Shown here: positions 37,114 through 50,177 of the stretch, piece after piece
Layout of the letters: the number at the start of each line of letters is the position of its first letter
Numbering within the stretch: the first letter of the stretch is position 1
Source: Peribolospora baueri
Taxonomy: Eukaryota
Direction of reading: 5' to 3'
Assembly: GCA_029717555.1 (NCBI GenBank)
Contig: JAMDHS010000009.1
Coordinates: 248,001-312,000, forward strand
DNA: 64,000 bases
The notes under the pieces: model-generated
Told to the model about the DNA's origin: nothing
What the model saw: only the letters and a program-made list of their open reading frames with translations
Database searches by the model: none
Program-made: the position numbers and the translations under genes

Positions 37114-39574
37114 TCACATGATCGCGCAGCCCTTCTTCTTCCTCATCCCCTCCACGTTCGGCGCCCTCGGGCCCTGCTCCTGTGCGTGATTCGCATACGC
37201 AGCGCTCGGGGCGGTGCGCCTGCTGTTCCACCGCGAGCTGGACGGCACCCGACGCCCGTCTTCCTCCCTTTGGCGCCGCGCTTCTTGCGCGTCTTCCTCC
37301 TGCTGGAGTTGGTAGGCCAGGGCGTAGCTGAGAGAGCAACCGGCGTCCAGGACAAGTGGGAATTCAGTCGTCCCTGCGCGGCGCGCGAACGAAAACGATG
37401 GAGCGCAACGACCCAACTCACTCTGCATCTTCGCCGCCTCCCTCTTCCGTTTGTCCGTAATTGAAGCCATCGTCCGGCGGGGGCATAGCCGGGACCGATC
37501 CACGCCCACTGCCAGGTTCAGTGGGAACACCGCGGGCTCGGCGAGAAGCGGAGCGGCCGACGTAGTCGCCGTGCGCGAGTGCTGACCTGGACGAGGGGGG
37601 GCCGAAAATGACGACCCGAGGCAAAAAGGCACGAGTGCGGCGAGTGCGTCAGTCAAAGAGAAGACGTTGGCGACCCACGTCGGTGCACGCGTGCGGCAGA
37701 CAGACGAAAGAGACTGCCTGTCAGAGGGACGGGGACGTCAAACCCACCTTCGGAGCCTGCTATCGAAAAACTCGCTCCCGCTCCCGTCGACATCCACCAG
37801 GCTCTCCCATACGATCTCCTCCTCGGTCACGAAAGCAGAGTCAGTCACGAGTGTATACAGCGTCGGCATCTGAGCTGCCTCGTTTGAAGAAGCGGCGCCG
37901 TCGGCCAACGACGTTTCCGGACCCGCCCGCGAGGCAGAACCGGCCGCGCTCGTGCCGGGCGGAGGCTGGACCGCATTAGCGGCAGGGTTGATGGCGTCCA
38001 TCGAGTCGCTCTCCTTACGACGGTATACGACGCAGACGTGTGAGTTGCGGAAGAGGGCCGCGAGACTGCCTGGAGGGAGGGAGGAGGACAACACTATGAG
38101 GCCGTGATAGGTGAGCTGTGTCGAGGTCGAGTCGAGGAAGGATTTGATCTTGAGCGCTATAGTGCATTGAGGAGAAGGAGCGAGGTGAGACGATGACACT
38201 GCCAGTCCTTGAACGCGTATGCGCAGCCGAGATTAGGCTCACCATTGGCCACCTTCGTCTGCTCCTCTTCTGTCCAACTCTTGCTGCTGTCCCTCCTCGT
38301 CCGGTCGTCCAAGCTCTGTATCCTGCCCAACCCTTCGGCTTGGCCCGGCCCGTCGCCGTGGTCGCCCACAACGACGAGTCCCTTGGCGACCTCGTCCCCT
38401 TCCACGACCATCTGCACCGCGCGGTTATAATCGGAAGCCTCTCCGACCAGAGCGTCCCACGTCTCGTGATCAGACGGATCGGCGAGCCAGCCGTGGACTA
38501 GGGGTACGTCGCAGAGCTTGAACAGCGCCAACTCGCCCTCGCTGGCACCTGCCTCGGCCTGGTCGTCGGCGGAGAGCGGAGCGAAGGCGTCGTGCGAGGC
38601 AAAGCGAACGTTGACGTCCAAACCGTGCTGGGTGCGGGGGAGGAAAGAGAGCGCGGCGGAGAGGTCGAGGGAGGAGTCCGGCTCGGTGGAGAGACGGGTG
38701 AGCAAGTAGTCGGCGAGCAGGGAGGACAGGTAGTCGTAAGACACCACGGGCCGGTCCGCGGGCGTGATTTCCAACAATCCGCGTAGCAGAAGAATATTGC
38801 AAAGCGCAATGAGCGAGCACGGCCCATTCTCGTTCTGCGAAAGCGAGCGAGAGGATGGCGTTATGCGAGATGGACAACGACGTCAGTTTCCTCGACGCCA
38901 GGCGGACCATCGCGAAGGTGTGACAGACCGACCTGAGTGATGATCTTGACCCTCCTACCATCCCATTTTATGTCCTTCGTCAACCACTGTGCCGGATCCT
39001 GCTCTCGCACCGCCGTGGGCGGTCTTGGCCGAGGAGTGGCCTGACCGCTGCTCGAAGGCCTGGCGGCTGGATCACCCACGCCAGAGCTCGTCGGGACGGG
39101 CCTGTAAGGGAGAAGAGGGGCGGTACCAACGGCCTCGGTTTGGGATGTGGGCAAAGAGACGTCCTCGAACGGATTGGAGGCCTCGGAAGGCGGCGGGGGC
39201 GCTGGCGAACTTCGAACGGCGGTATGATCGGAAGAGGCGATCGCCGGAGAGTCTCGCCGGTCGCCGCCAACGCCACGCTGGTCCTCCTCGCCAAAGCTCA
39301 TCAGATCAAGGGCCTCAGCAATACCCTCCGTGCCTTTCCCATCGTGCAGCGCCGCCTGATCTTGACCATGCGCTCGGACCGGGGCCTCCAATTGAGCTGA
39401 CGTCCCAGGCGCGGGCGCTCTGACGTCTCCCTGATCGGGGCCTGCGGCGGAGGCGGCGGCGAAAGGAGCAGGAATGCTGGGGCCAGAGGTGTGCTGATAA
39501 AGCTGATGAACGCGCTGTTGCTCCTCTTCGACGTTCCTTACGAGAGCGGGGTCGAAGAAGGGGTTGTTGGACAT
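37114..39574 (-). CDS. MINDY-family K48 deubiquitinase with C-terminal MIU motif and CaaX box
   Basis: IITQ|NENGPCSLIALCNILLL, LVHGWL, LFRNSH, LYTLVTD..F....VWESL, DADYALAYQLQQEE, and terminal KKKGCAIM*. Confidence 0.9.
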
Positions 39575-40269
39575 GATGCGGATGGGAGTGGGGAAGAGAT
39601 GGATGCGGCACAGGAACAAGGGGACGGGGGAAAGTGAGAAGTCTTCTCCCTCCTTCCTAACCAACTAGCTAGTTGTCTGTCTGTCTATCTATTATCTATC
39701 GCTGGCTGGAGGGCGACGCCATTCGAAGGGGACTGCAGCTAGCCGAGTGCTGGCAAATTTGACTTTTCGGCGTCGACACGTTGACGAGTTGACGGAGCAA
39801 GCGCGACGCCGCGACAGCCGTCGAGCCGACCCCGCTTGTGCTGCGGCGAGCAATGATCGGGCCATCATCGTCCTGCCGCAGCTGCCTACCGCAGCGTCCC
39901 TCTCTCTCCAACCTCCATCTTCAAGAGCATTATGAAAGTTCTTTTCTTGCTAGGTCCGCCTATATGCGTAGTCGTTCATCACATACATCTCGCCTTCGCC
40001 CCGACCGTCGCCTCACACATCCAATCCACCCATCTGCTTGACCGATAAAAGTACCTAGGACACCGTCAGTACCCGCTTTTAAGACTACAAGCTCAGAAAA
40101 ACGCATCTCTGTACATACTTGTTAACCGTGTCTTGACTCCTGTTAAATCGTTTGGATCTTCGGCGTTAGAGCAGCCTGTTAGTCGTCTGTTCTTCGCGCA
40201 CCCGCCCACCCGCAACTCCGCTTTCCTTTTCGTTATTTTCTCTGGCTTATCAATACATAGTCCGCTTTA

Positions 40270-40270
<1 letters not shown>

Positions 40271-40301
<31 letters not shown>
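40271..40301. repeat. (CGT)10 microsatellite
   Basis: Direct inspection. Confidence 0.9.
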
Positions 40302-40302
<1 letters not shown>

Positions 40303-40911
40303 GTCAGACGCGTCTGCTCCATCCGTCGTGCAGCTCGCGAGCCAAGCGTTGGGTTGGGCCAGCGGTAGAGCTCCAACCGTTGTCGTAAGGCCCGCGAACG
40401 AGAAGCGCGAGCGGAGCACAGGCGCTTACGTCGCCTCGAGGCCATGGTAATGAACCTCCAGAAGGAGCCGGCGGAACATAAGAAAGTGATCGAAGGGTTG
40501 GGAGAATCAGCAATGCTGAATATGTACGCTAAGCTAATTCCTGATTGCACGTCTTGGCATAATTGTGGACATTTGATGTTCTCTATGGCTTGTCCATCCT
40601 CAGGCAGAGAACCATGTCAGATGCTCTCTGTTCAGCCTTCCTCCGTCGGCGCTCCAATCGCTTCTCCACCTCGTCTGCGCCGGCGACCTGCAGCCACCTG
40701 TGCTGCCCTGCCACGTAGTCGCTGTCGACCCAGAGATGGGTTACGTTGGCCGATACCGGCGTGAGCGCGACGTCGTTCCTTCCTTCTTTCCATCTTTAAG
40801 AAAATCTGTATTTCTCTCTCTCTCACACGCATCCTCGGCACCAACCCCACATCGGCTTTTCTCTGTGTATGAGTACTGGTGACGCAATATATACCGCACT
40901 ACCCCGCACGC

Positions 40912-43746
40912 TCACTTCTTCCCTTTACTCGGCCCGGCGGCCAACCCGTCAATGTACCGCCGGTCTAAGCCTCGAGCAGCGAGCGAGTCCACGAGCGCCT
41001 TCCGTTGGTCGCCTTGCACGAGCAGCTCTGATTGTGGGTGCTTGGGAGTGGATTTGGCAAGAGGGGTGACTTAGGGCGGTGGCGGAAAAGCAGAGACAGG
41101 GTCGGGAAAAAATCGTCATGAGCGCGTGACTCCACTGGATCCGGAGACAACCTCTAAGCCACCTAATTCAGTCTGGAACCAAACCCACCAGTCGCGCTGG
41201 CCCCGACCTTGACCCTCAACTCGTCGGCCAACTCCTTGGGCTCGACGCCCCAAGTCTCCAAGCCGGTGACGAGGGTAACCAGTTTCCTTCCTTGGCGCTG
41301 TTTGACCTCCACCTTGATAGCCTGAGCCGGGCCCTTTCTGATTTCGCCTTTCTCCTCCTCCACCACCGTCGTACCTGCTCCCGCCCCGCCACCCGCCTGC
41401 CTATGCCTTCTCACCACGATTCGATGCGCTTCACCCATTCCCCTCTGCAAGCTTTGCACCGCCAAATCCCTTTTGACCGATCGTGCATCCTCTCCTTGCG
41501 GTTCGGGCTCGTTCTTTCGTACGAGCACGCGGTAGAGGAGCGGGTCATAGCGTATGCGAGACTTGTCCGCAGGACACACGAGCTGTTCTTTGTCGACGTA
41601 GGAGAGGAGAAGCTCACGGACTTGGGAGGGAGTGTACTGGGCTGAAGCGCTGTGTGGACACGCAGGCGCCGGGAGCAAAGGGGGGAGCTTTAGCTCTCCG
41701 TAAAGGGTCCTTCTGCTTGAAAAGCAAAAGACGCCAGAAGCGGTCAAACGAGCCGGCTATCCTACGCGCCCACTCACCTCTCCCCCATTTGCTGAAAGAA
41801 CTTTACAGTCTGACCGTGGGGCACGAGAAACTTCTCGACGACAATGTCCTGCTTCACCACCGTCCCTTCTCCTCCTCCAGTCCCCACTCCCGACGTTGAG
41901 GCACATCGAGTGGCTGCGGCTGAACCGCTGCCGTTGCCTTCCGCTGCTACCGTCCCCATCATCGTTGATGAGAGGCTGCCCGTAGTGCTGCCAGGTGGGT
42001 GAGAAGTAAAGGTTCGGTAGGGAACGAAGGACACAACGCTGGTGGATGGGAAAAGAATAGACCGCGCATGTTTCGATGTAGAGGCAAGCGTTTAAGATGA
42101 ATGTACGACAATAAGCGCCATGGAGTCTCCTTCAAAAATTGATCAGAAGTACGTCTTCCGAAAGAAAGGCGTGAATTTCGAGGGACTCACTCCGGATGTT
42201 TGGCATCTACTTCCATGATCATCAGTTCGCCCCTGACCTCTTTGGCCTTGAGAAGCCCCCGCTTCTCCATGGCCTTGACCCATTTGGCCACCTTCTTGTA
42301 GCTGCTTTTCTTGACATCCGCCTCGGATGGCTTGACATCGGTCTTCGGCCTCCCGGCCCACTCCTCTTGCCAGTTCCAGCCGTTGGATCTTGAAGACGCA
42401 GGAGGAGGAGCGGAGGGCGCGTTAGTATTAGCATTGGTCTTCTTTGGTTTGGCGGGGTGGGGTGGAAGGGTGGTTGGGCGGGAGGGGAGGATGTGGGCAG
42501 AGTAGAGGGATGAAGCGGGCATGGGGAGGAGGGACGGGTCTGCGCCAAGCGTTTGGGAAATGGAATAGAGCAGGGACAATAGTAGGATCAAGTCCACTTC
42601 TGTAAAGAGTGGAGAGAAGAGAAGGCGAAGCAGTACGAGCCACAGTTATGGAAGGTAAGCGTGAGACAGTGAGAGAACCCCATCGCATTTAGCAGCGCTT
42701 ACCTGTAGTGGTCAGTTCAGGAGTGTTCTGCTCCTCATGCTCTTCATTGATCTCTTCGGCCTCTGCAGCTTGGACAGGCTGTGGTGGTGTGTCCTCGGTC
42801 CCCTCCGTCCCTCCCTTCCTCTGAGAGAACGGCTGTGCTTCAGCCTCGGCCCCCTCATCTTCAACGTCCACTGGCGCATACTCCCCCTCCACCTCCACTT
42901 GGCCCTCCACAGGTTCCAAAACAGGAGGCTCGCCCTTGCCACCCATCTTCCACACCTCATCCTTCCAGCAATGAAGGACTTTAACCGCTTTTCCCTTTTC
43001 CCCCTTCCTGCGTTTCGAGAGGAGCTCGTCGGTGGACATCTCAAGCTGGCCAACGACGAGGGGAACGCGAGAGCCATGAGACACAACTGCGACGACGGAT
43101 CCGCGAGGGAGGGGGAAGGGAGGCGAGGGAAGTGAGAGAACAGAGAGGCCTGGGACCATGAGAGCTGAGCCAGAGTAAAGATGAGGGAGCACGGGCGACC
43201 AGACAGGCACAGCGGGAAGGAGGGGAGGGTGAATCCATAGGGCGTAGACTAAGCGAAGAGGAAGGGAGACAAAGGAAACGTTAGTGAAATGACGAGCGCA
43301 CACGCATATACTTGCTCTGCGTACTCACCCGTTGGCACGATCACCTCCTCCTTGCCCTTGCCCGTTCTAAACCAAAGCGGCCGCCCGGCGTCGTCGGAAT
43401 ATATGGTAACCTTGTCGTCGACATGTGTGAGTCCGTCTCCCTTGCGGATACCTTCTGGCACAAGGCGGTTGACGAGCTCCAGTTCTGCTTCCCTCTGCCC
43501 TTGCTGCTCCTGCTGCTGTTCGACTAGTTGGCGACTCTTCTGCTCCTCTTCCTCTGATTTCCCCTCCCTTTCGCCCGTCGCCTCCTCTGCACCGGATTCG
43601 CTCGGCGCAGTAATAGGGACAGCTGGGCCCGGTGGAGGGTCGGGAAAGGCTGCAAAGGCGCTGCGTAGCTCTGCGATGAGTTTGCGCCTGTCGGAGCTGC
43701 GCAAGGGCGTGGACGGCTTGAGCTTGTGCAGCGGCTTTTTGAACAT
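40912..43746 (-). CDS. TMA64: eIF2D / ligatin (pre-PUA, PUA, SWIB, SUI1 domains)
   Basis: MFKKP...LRSSDRRKL, PT|VYALW, GSALMVPG, GKAVKVLH..KDEVW, VKKSSYKKVAKW, RQGRKLVT.V.GLE, and LLVQGDQ. Confidence 0.9.
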
Positions 43747-44264
43747 GTGGGGAGAAAGAAAGAACCAGAAGAAGGGGGCAGCTGAACAGGATCGAGGGTG
43801 AGAGAAGGGTGATGAGCGAGAAGTTGGCGTCCCTCTTCTGAGCACGTCGTCGTTGGCGATCCTTTCAGTCTTCTGCCCCCTCCTCGTAGTATGACCGCAA
43901 CGCTCGTCAGTGATCGGTAGCGGCGATACGCGGCCCATCCGGCGACCACTGGCGTACGGACAGAATTAACTGACTGACTGACACCGACCAGGCGGATCGA
44001 GTCGCGACTACGTACGTCAGAGGAGGTCCTCTTGGGAACGAAGAATGTGCCGTGTTGCGGCTACGGATGAGATGCGTGGACACACGAGTAGTCGCTCGGA
44101 TACAGTTACAATGATGCTCGACCCCTCCGGAAATGTACAGATGCGTATTTGCGATTAACTCTCTTTCGGCGGCACCTCGAGCCCCAAGCAACGCTTCCAG
44201 TTTTCACCGCTCGACTCATCCCTCATCATGCCTGTACCATCCTGACAATACTAGCTCATGCACT

Positions 44265-45019
44265 CTACCCTGACGCCGGCGTCCCAGCTCCGCTACCTTG
44301 TGTGCTGCTCTGAGCGCTAGGCGTGGCGGATCGACGCTCCTCGATACGAAGCTGGTTGCGCTTACCCAGGACACGCAGCGTGCGTTCGCGCTCGGCTGGG
44401 GTCATCTGAGGCCAGTTGTGAATTCGAGACAGCGTCTGAGGCGGGGGTGGGTATATAAGCGGGGAGAAGGGGCGGTCAGAGCGCAAAGTTTGGTGAGAAC
44501 GTCCAGGATCTGGCGTCCAGCCTGCCTGATGGGATGGGGTACGACGCGGCCTGGGAGGGATGGCGCCAAGGCCTCAAACACTCACTCCATCACTGTTGAC
44601 CTGATAATAGCAGAAATAAGAGGAAAGTACAAAATAGGCACACGTACAGGGAGAATAGCTCTCAGCAAGCTTGTTCATGAGCAATCCGATCGCATGCTTG
44701 CCTCGACGGGCCAAGGGAGAATTGCAATCAAGCCAGGAGGCGCGAACAGATTGCTCCAACGCAAACTTACCACCATGGGCCCCAAGTGGTCCAACGTCAC
44801 CTTGCCCCCACCAACCTCGATCATCTTCGTCTCGCCCGGCTGCAGGTTGGACGTCTCCGGCGGCGCTGGAAGGCTTAAAGGGGCCCCACCGGGACGTGAG
44901 TCAGACTGTGACTGACCTTGCTGCTGAGAGGGAGCGTTGTCGGGGTCAAAGACCGCCCCCGGTTCGAGCTCATCGGGATCGTTGGCGGAGGGTCGCTCGT
45001 AAGGTTGTGAGGCTGCCAT
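44265..45019 (-). CDS. Small conserved fungal protein of unknown function (3 exons, including a 15-nt micro-exon)
   Basis: LDHLGPMV|VNSDG|TLSRIHNWPQMTPAERERTLRVLGKRNQLR, a motif recognised from conserved fungal hypothetical proteins. Confidence 0.75.
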
Positions 45020-45189
45020 GCTTGGGAGGCAGGTCTGAGGAGATCGGGTGGTGCTGATGCGAAACCGTATATATATGAACGGTCGAGGGCTTCGGACTCG
45101 TGCACGTGGTTCCGACCCGCCGCAGCGCTGGAAGGTGCTGGCTCAATCGAGGGACGGAGAGCGACATCGAACACCACCATCAATCCAAG

Positions 45190-46499
45190 ATGGACACCGC
45201 GAGTTTCCACATCAAGACGCTCTTCTATCAGGGTGAGTAACGGATGGAGACAAGCAAGAAGGGAAAGTCATTGTTACGTTAGCGACTGTTCGTTTGCAGG
45301 CCGACCGACTGACCTGACTCCCACCGGTTAACCACCCAGGCTCCTACAAGGCAGCCATCGCCGAGGCGACCTCCCAACCTTCCACGCCCCTCTCGGACGT
45401 TGCGGTACGCGTGCGCCAGCTCTACCTCGCTCGCTCGTACATTGCCCTCCACGACGTAGAGAGCGCTCTTGCGCTTCCCATTCTCACTTCCGACGAGCAG
45501 CCTGATGCGTTGGCCGTGAAGGCTCTCGCGGGGTACGTTGCGGCGGCTGACAAGGGGGCCGAAGCGGACGACGAGGAGCTGAATGAGCATGTAGAGGACC
45601 TCAGGGGTCTTGTAGAGGTTGTAGAGAGTGATAACGCTGAGGTGGTCAGGACTTGCGCCGGCACGGTGTTGCACTTGAGTGGGCAGACGGAGGAGGCGTT
45701 GAAGGTATTGGGCGTTGGCCAGAATAGCAAGGAGCTCGAGTGGTGAGTCGAGTCTGGTGGTCCGCGGCTTCTCTCTCTTCCTTTACCTTGCGCTCATTTT
45801 ACGGATAAACGCTACATGTCGTCATTCCTCCAGCATCGCCCTCGCCGTCCAAATCCTCCTCTCGATCAACCGGCTCGACCTGGCGGTGCAAGAGCACGCC
45901 GCGGCACGAACCTGGGCGGACGACTCGTTGTTGATCCAGCTCATCGAGGCCTGGATTGGGCTCAAGGAGGGAGGCCAAAAGTATCAGCAGGCATATTATG
46001 TCTTTGACGAGATCGCTCAGGTGAGACACTCTTCCTAGCTCTGTTGCGATGCAGTACAGTACGAGGCAGCGCACGTCTCGAACTGTCGTGTGAATCATTT
46101 TTCACCCCCTTTAGCTTCCTTCCGCAAGTAACCCCGCCATCTTGAACGGCAAGGCCGTTGCGCACGCCGCACAGGGCCACATCGACGAGGCGGAGGGGGC
46201 GCTGGACGAGGCCCTCACACTCGACCCCAACTACACTCCTGTTCTTTCCAATAAGGTTGCTCTCGCTCGACACGCCAGCAAACCTGCAGACGTCGAAGTT
46301 TTCTTGAGGTCAGTGGAGGAGCCGCAACCTTTTTTCGTACGATGCATCTCGCAGACACAGACCTGCTGACGTACGCTCCTCCATGCTCGGCAACAGCCGT
46401 CTGCGCACGAGCGCGCCTCATCACCCTGTCTTGGCAGACCTGGAGGCGAAGTCGTTCTTGTTCGACGAATCGGCAGCCAATTTCGCTCTTGCTGCGTAG
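45190..46499 (+). CDS. SEC28: Coatomer subunit epsilon
   Basis: FHIKTLFYQG|SY, ARSYIAL, ELE|..ALAVQILLSINRLDLA, WADDSLLIQLIEAW, YQQAYYVFDE, LNGKA, and HPVLADL..K...FDE. Confidence 0.9.
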
Positions 46500-47120
46500 A
46501 AGGAGGTTAGTAGCAGTATACCACCGCGCCTCGGGTAAGGCACGCTGTACCAGTAGGGTACTCCGGTATACAGAACTATAGTATTCGAGTAGATAACTGC
46601 TTTTGCGCCCCGTGAGCGCAATTGCGTGAATTCCGGCGAGTTCACGTTCGGTGTCACATAACGACAAAAGAAGGTAGCTTAGCATCGGGGCAGCAGAGTC
46701 TCATATGCGCCATAGCTGATCGTCCTTTCAAGCAGGACGTGGTGGACGGTGGACGACTGATTCATGGAATGCGAATCGGATGTGCCACTCCCACGCTGCC
46801 GGGCCCCACCGCGCTTGGTGAAGCAGCGCTTGACAATCCGGTGGACGTTGGGTCGTGCTCGTGCCATAGAATCTTACTATACGAACTTGCGAATCGTCGA
46901 GCCGAAGAAGAAGAGGCAGCTCACATCCGTACTGTATGCACATACCGAACGGGTCCTCGGACACCGGCATCTCACGTCCCTCGCTCGCAGCCACTCGCCT
47001 CCCTCAGTCGTCGCCGTTGGCTGCGTCACGCCCGATCGCGAAACGCGCCGCCTGCGCTCCTTCGCACTTGTCCACCACGACGACGGCACCTAGAACCAGC
47101 GTCTCTCGTCTCCAGTCGAA

Positions 47121-48951
47121 ATGTCGTACAGGTTCGTAGCATTTTTCCTTCTCTATTCCGGCCGTCGACGAGTACCATTTTTGACGTAGGCGCTGAAATT
47201 TCGTTCCACACAATCGCGCCGGCAGAATCGAGTATGCCAAACGGTCGCAGGCCGGCTGTAAAGGCCCTCTGCCTTGCAAAGGGACGAAAATCTTGAAGGG
47301 AGAGCTGAGGTTTGGGACGGTTGTTGACATCCAGTGAGTTGGCTTGCAGTAGCCCTTCTACGATCTCGCGGCTGTCTTGTTTCCTTATCTGCCGCTGTCG
47401 CCCGTCGTCCATTCGCTGTCCTCGAGACCGACTGGTCTTGAGGACAATCGCGAGCGCTCGACGTTGGGTTGCTGACGCTGGACCTTATACGTGTATTCTT
47501 TGGGACTCAGAGGTAACACCAGCTGGGCGTGGAGGCACTGTGAGTAGCTCGCGCGGTCCACCGACTCTTGCCTCGCTCTATACTGTTTTCTGCAGCATCC
47601 TTGGGGAAAATAGACGGGAACTTCAGCAGTCTGACGAGGCTCTACATCGAATCTGTTCTTTCGTCGGATGCGGGGGTAGACGGCTGTTTGACACCTCAGG
47701 TCATCAAGAACGTCAAACAAAAGGTGGACGATGACCCAGCGGAGCTGGATGGCTTTGAAGAGCTCAGGCCGGAAGACCAAGAAAAGCTCAGGAAAGCCTG
47801 GGAGGCTGACGAAGGCGAGTGATCAGGAGGAGAAGGTTGCTGAACGGACACATGCTATCGTCTCCTCATCGTCAGACTGACACCCATGATTCTGACACTG
47901 TCTTCCTGCTCTCACATGCCCCTGTTTGCTTGTCAGTCGCCGAAGAAGACATCCCTGAATCGGCCAAGAAGGCCGAAGACGAAGTGGTGTGTTGAGATAA
48001 CGGTGTCCCAGTCCAGTGTCGCTCGCCGGTACTCGCAACGGTCTGATTTTTTATCGACTCCCACGTTTCCATTTTTTCATACATTCACGCACTTCGCTCT
48101 TCCTAAGGAGGAGGAAGACGACGGAGAAGGAAAATCCAAGAATCGCAAGTCACCCAAGCGCAAGAAGGCGGAGTCTGACGAGGAAGAGGAGGAAGAGGCC
48201 AAGCCCAAGTCCAAGCGCGGCCGGCCCCCCAAAGCGTGTGTACATACCGTCCGTGGGTGGAACTGTTTCCTATAACTGGTCTGAGGCTAACCTTTCGTAT
48301 TATCCTGTTTTTACTATAGGAGCACGTCAAAGGCCGAAGCGAGGCCGAAGCGCAAGTCCAAAAAAGAAGAAGTCAGAGATGAGGATGCTGGGAAAGAGAG
48401 CGAGGAAGAGAAGGAGCCCGTAAAAGAAAAGACTAGGAAGGGGAAAGGCAAGACAAAGGTGTAAGTTTGGCGCGACGGCGCATCGTTTATGGACGACGGG
48501 TTGTGACACATGCGTTCGCCCTTGTGCCCGTCTGGCTCCGTATGGTGATAATGATACCTACCTTGCATATCCTGCATTCTCGGCTCGCGTCAGTGCGAGT
48601 GATTCCGAGACGAGTCTTAGCGAAGAGAAGGAAGAGGACCAGGAGGAAAAGAAGCGGCCGAAGTGAGTCAGCCGGGTTTTCCACCGCCAGCGTCCCGGCC
48701 GGCCGTGCTGATTTGTATTGTGGCTCGTCGCCAATCCTCCTTTCGGTAGGGAAGAGCCCGCGGGCCGCGGACGTGGCCGGCCTAGGAAAATTCAATCAGC
48801 TGAACCGTCGACACCCGCTCAAGCGGGCCCTCGTCGCGGTCCTGGCCGTCCACGTAAGCCTGAGTCGGAGAAGAAGCCTCGGCCGCCGAAGAAGTTGAAC
48901 CCGGACGGAACGCCTAGGGGTCGCGGTAGGCCCAGGAAGTCAGAGTCTTGA
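47121..48951 (+). CDS. PARP-type zinc-finger protein with C-terminal AT-hooks (Hpz1-like; no catalytic domain)
   Basis: MSYR|IEYAKRSQAGCKGPLPCKGTKILKGELRFG...WRHY/GCLT, LDGFEELRPEDQEK; AT-hook cores KRGRPPK, GRGRPRK, PGRPRK and RGRPRK. Confidence 0.8.
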
Positions 48952-49293
48952 GAACTGGAGGAGCAAGGTCCGAGGCTTTTTCTATCCGCTTGACTGTTGC
49001 GTCGGGATTACGATCTCGATATTCGTTTATCACGATTGCGGTAGCAAGCTCCATCTCGAATGTCGACCTCATTTTATAAAAAGACAAGCTCGGCGCCTAT
49101 CAGACGTCGGACGTGTGTCCAAACTGATTTCTCTCACCCGTGCATTCCACCTGATCCTTGACGAAAAGAAAGCTCTCCAGCCACCCCGCTAATGCACAGA
49201 GAAAATCAAGTCTATGGGAAATCTAAACGATCCGTGATCTAGGCGGAATCGAAACGACATCAGAAGAAGATGGGGGCGGGAAGAAGAGGAAGC

Positions 49294-49795
49294 TCAGAGA
49301 CGCTCGCGGCTCCACCTGAGACCAGAGCCAAACGGGCAAAAGCGTCAGCGTTCGGAGACCTGGTATGATAACGCAGCTTGAAAATAGGTCGGTTCGATGA
49401 GACTCACTTCTTGTCGAAGGCCTCCTTGTTGACGGCGTAGAGCTTAGTGTTGGTGCCAGGCTTGACGTCTTGCCAGGGCATGGGGTTGCCCTTGCGGTCC
49501 CAAACGACGTCGGGGCCGCGAGCGAGGCGGCTGACGTACCACGCAGCGCCACCAACAGCGCCACCAATGATAACGAAGATGGGGAGCACCTCCGGAGAGT
49601 ACCTAGGAAGGGAAGAGAAGAATAGGTAAATTAGATGCTGGACTAGAGGCCAGCTCTACGCAAGGCAAAGGCAACGCCCACCAGTTCCTCTTGATAGCAG
49701 CCCAGGCCGCTGTGCAAAGATGGAAAAGAACATAAATTCCAGTGAGTGCCGAGCTAGAGCGAACAAACACAGTGCCGTCGCAAAAACTCACACAT
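49294..49795 (-). CDS. NDUFA4: NDUFA4/MLRQ/B12D-like respiratory subunit (4 exons)
   Basis: MSAWAAIKRNWYSPEVLPIFVIIGGAVGGAAWYVSRLARGPDVVWDRKGNPMPW...KLYAVN...WSRERL*. Confidence 0.85.
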
Positions 49796-50177
49796 GGTGG
49801 CGGAAGTATGGACAAGCGGATAAAGGGGGAGGAGACCTACAAAGAGGGCGATGGGGAAGGAAAGACGGAGTGGTGGTAGTGGCGATAGTGCACAAAGCGT
49901 CGGCTCGACGAAATTCGAAGCCGCCCCGGGCGGGCGGATGCCGGCGAGGAACGGAAACAGACCAGCCCAACTTCCCACGACCACATTTATTTCACGTGAC
50001 ATTCACATGCGTCTAGGCAGCTGCGGCATGCTCGGCGTCACCTCCAGTTTTCGCACCGAACGCCGATTCCCCAGAAATTCCCGCAGCGGGCAGCGGGGAA
50101 GGACCGTCCTCGGTCTGTCTCCCACCCCACCTCTTCTTCTCTTTTCAACACACCGTCCGACGATCAGAAGCACGCAC

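Noticed and set aside
37114..37656. Stand-alone 180-aa ORF ending in CAIM
   Set aside because: Explained as the last exons of the MINDY gene.
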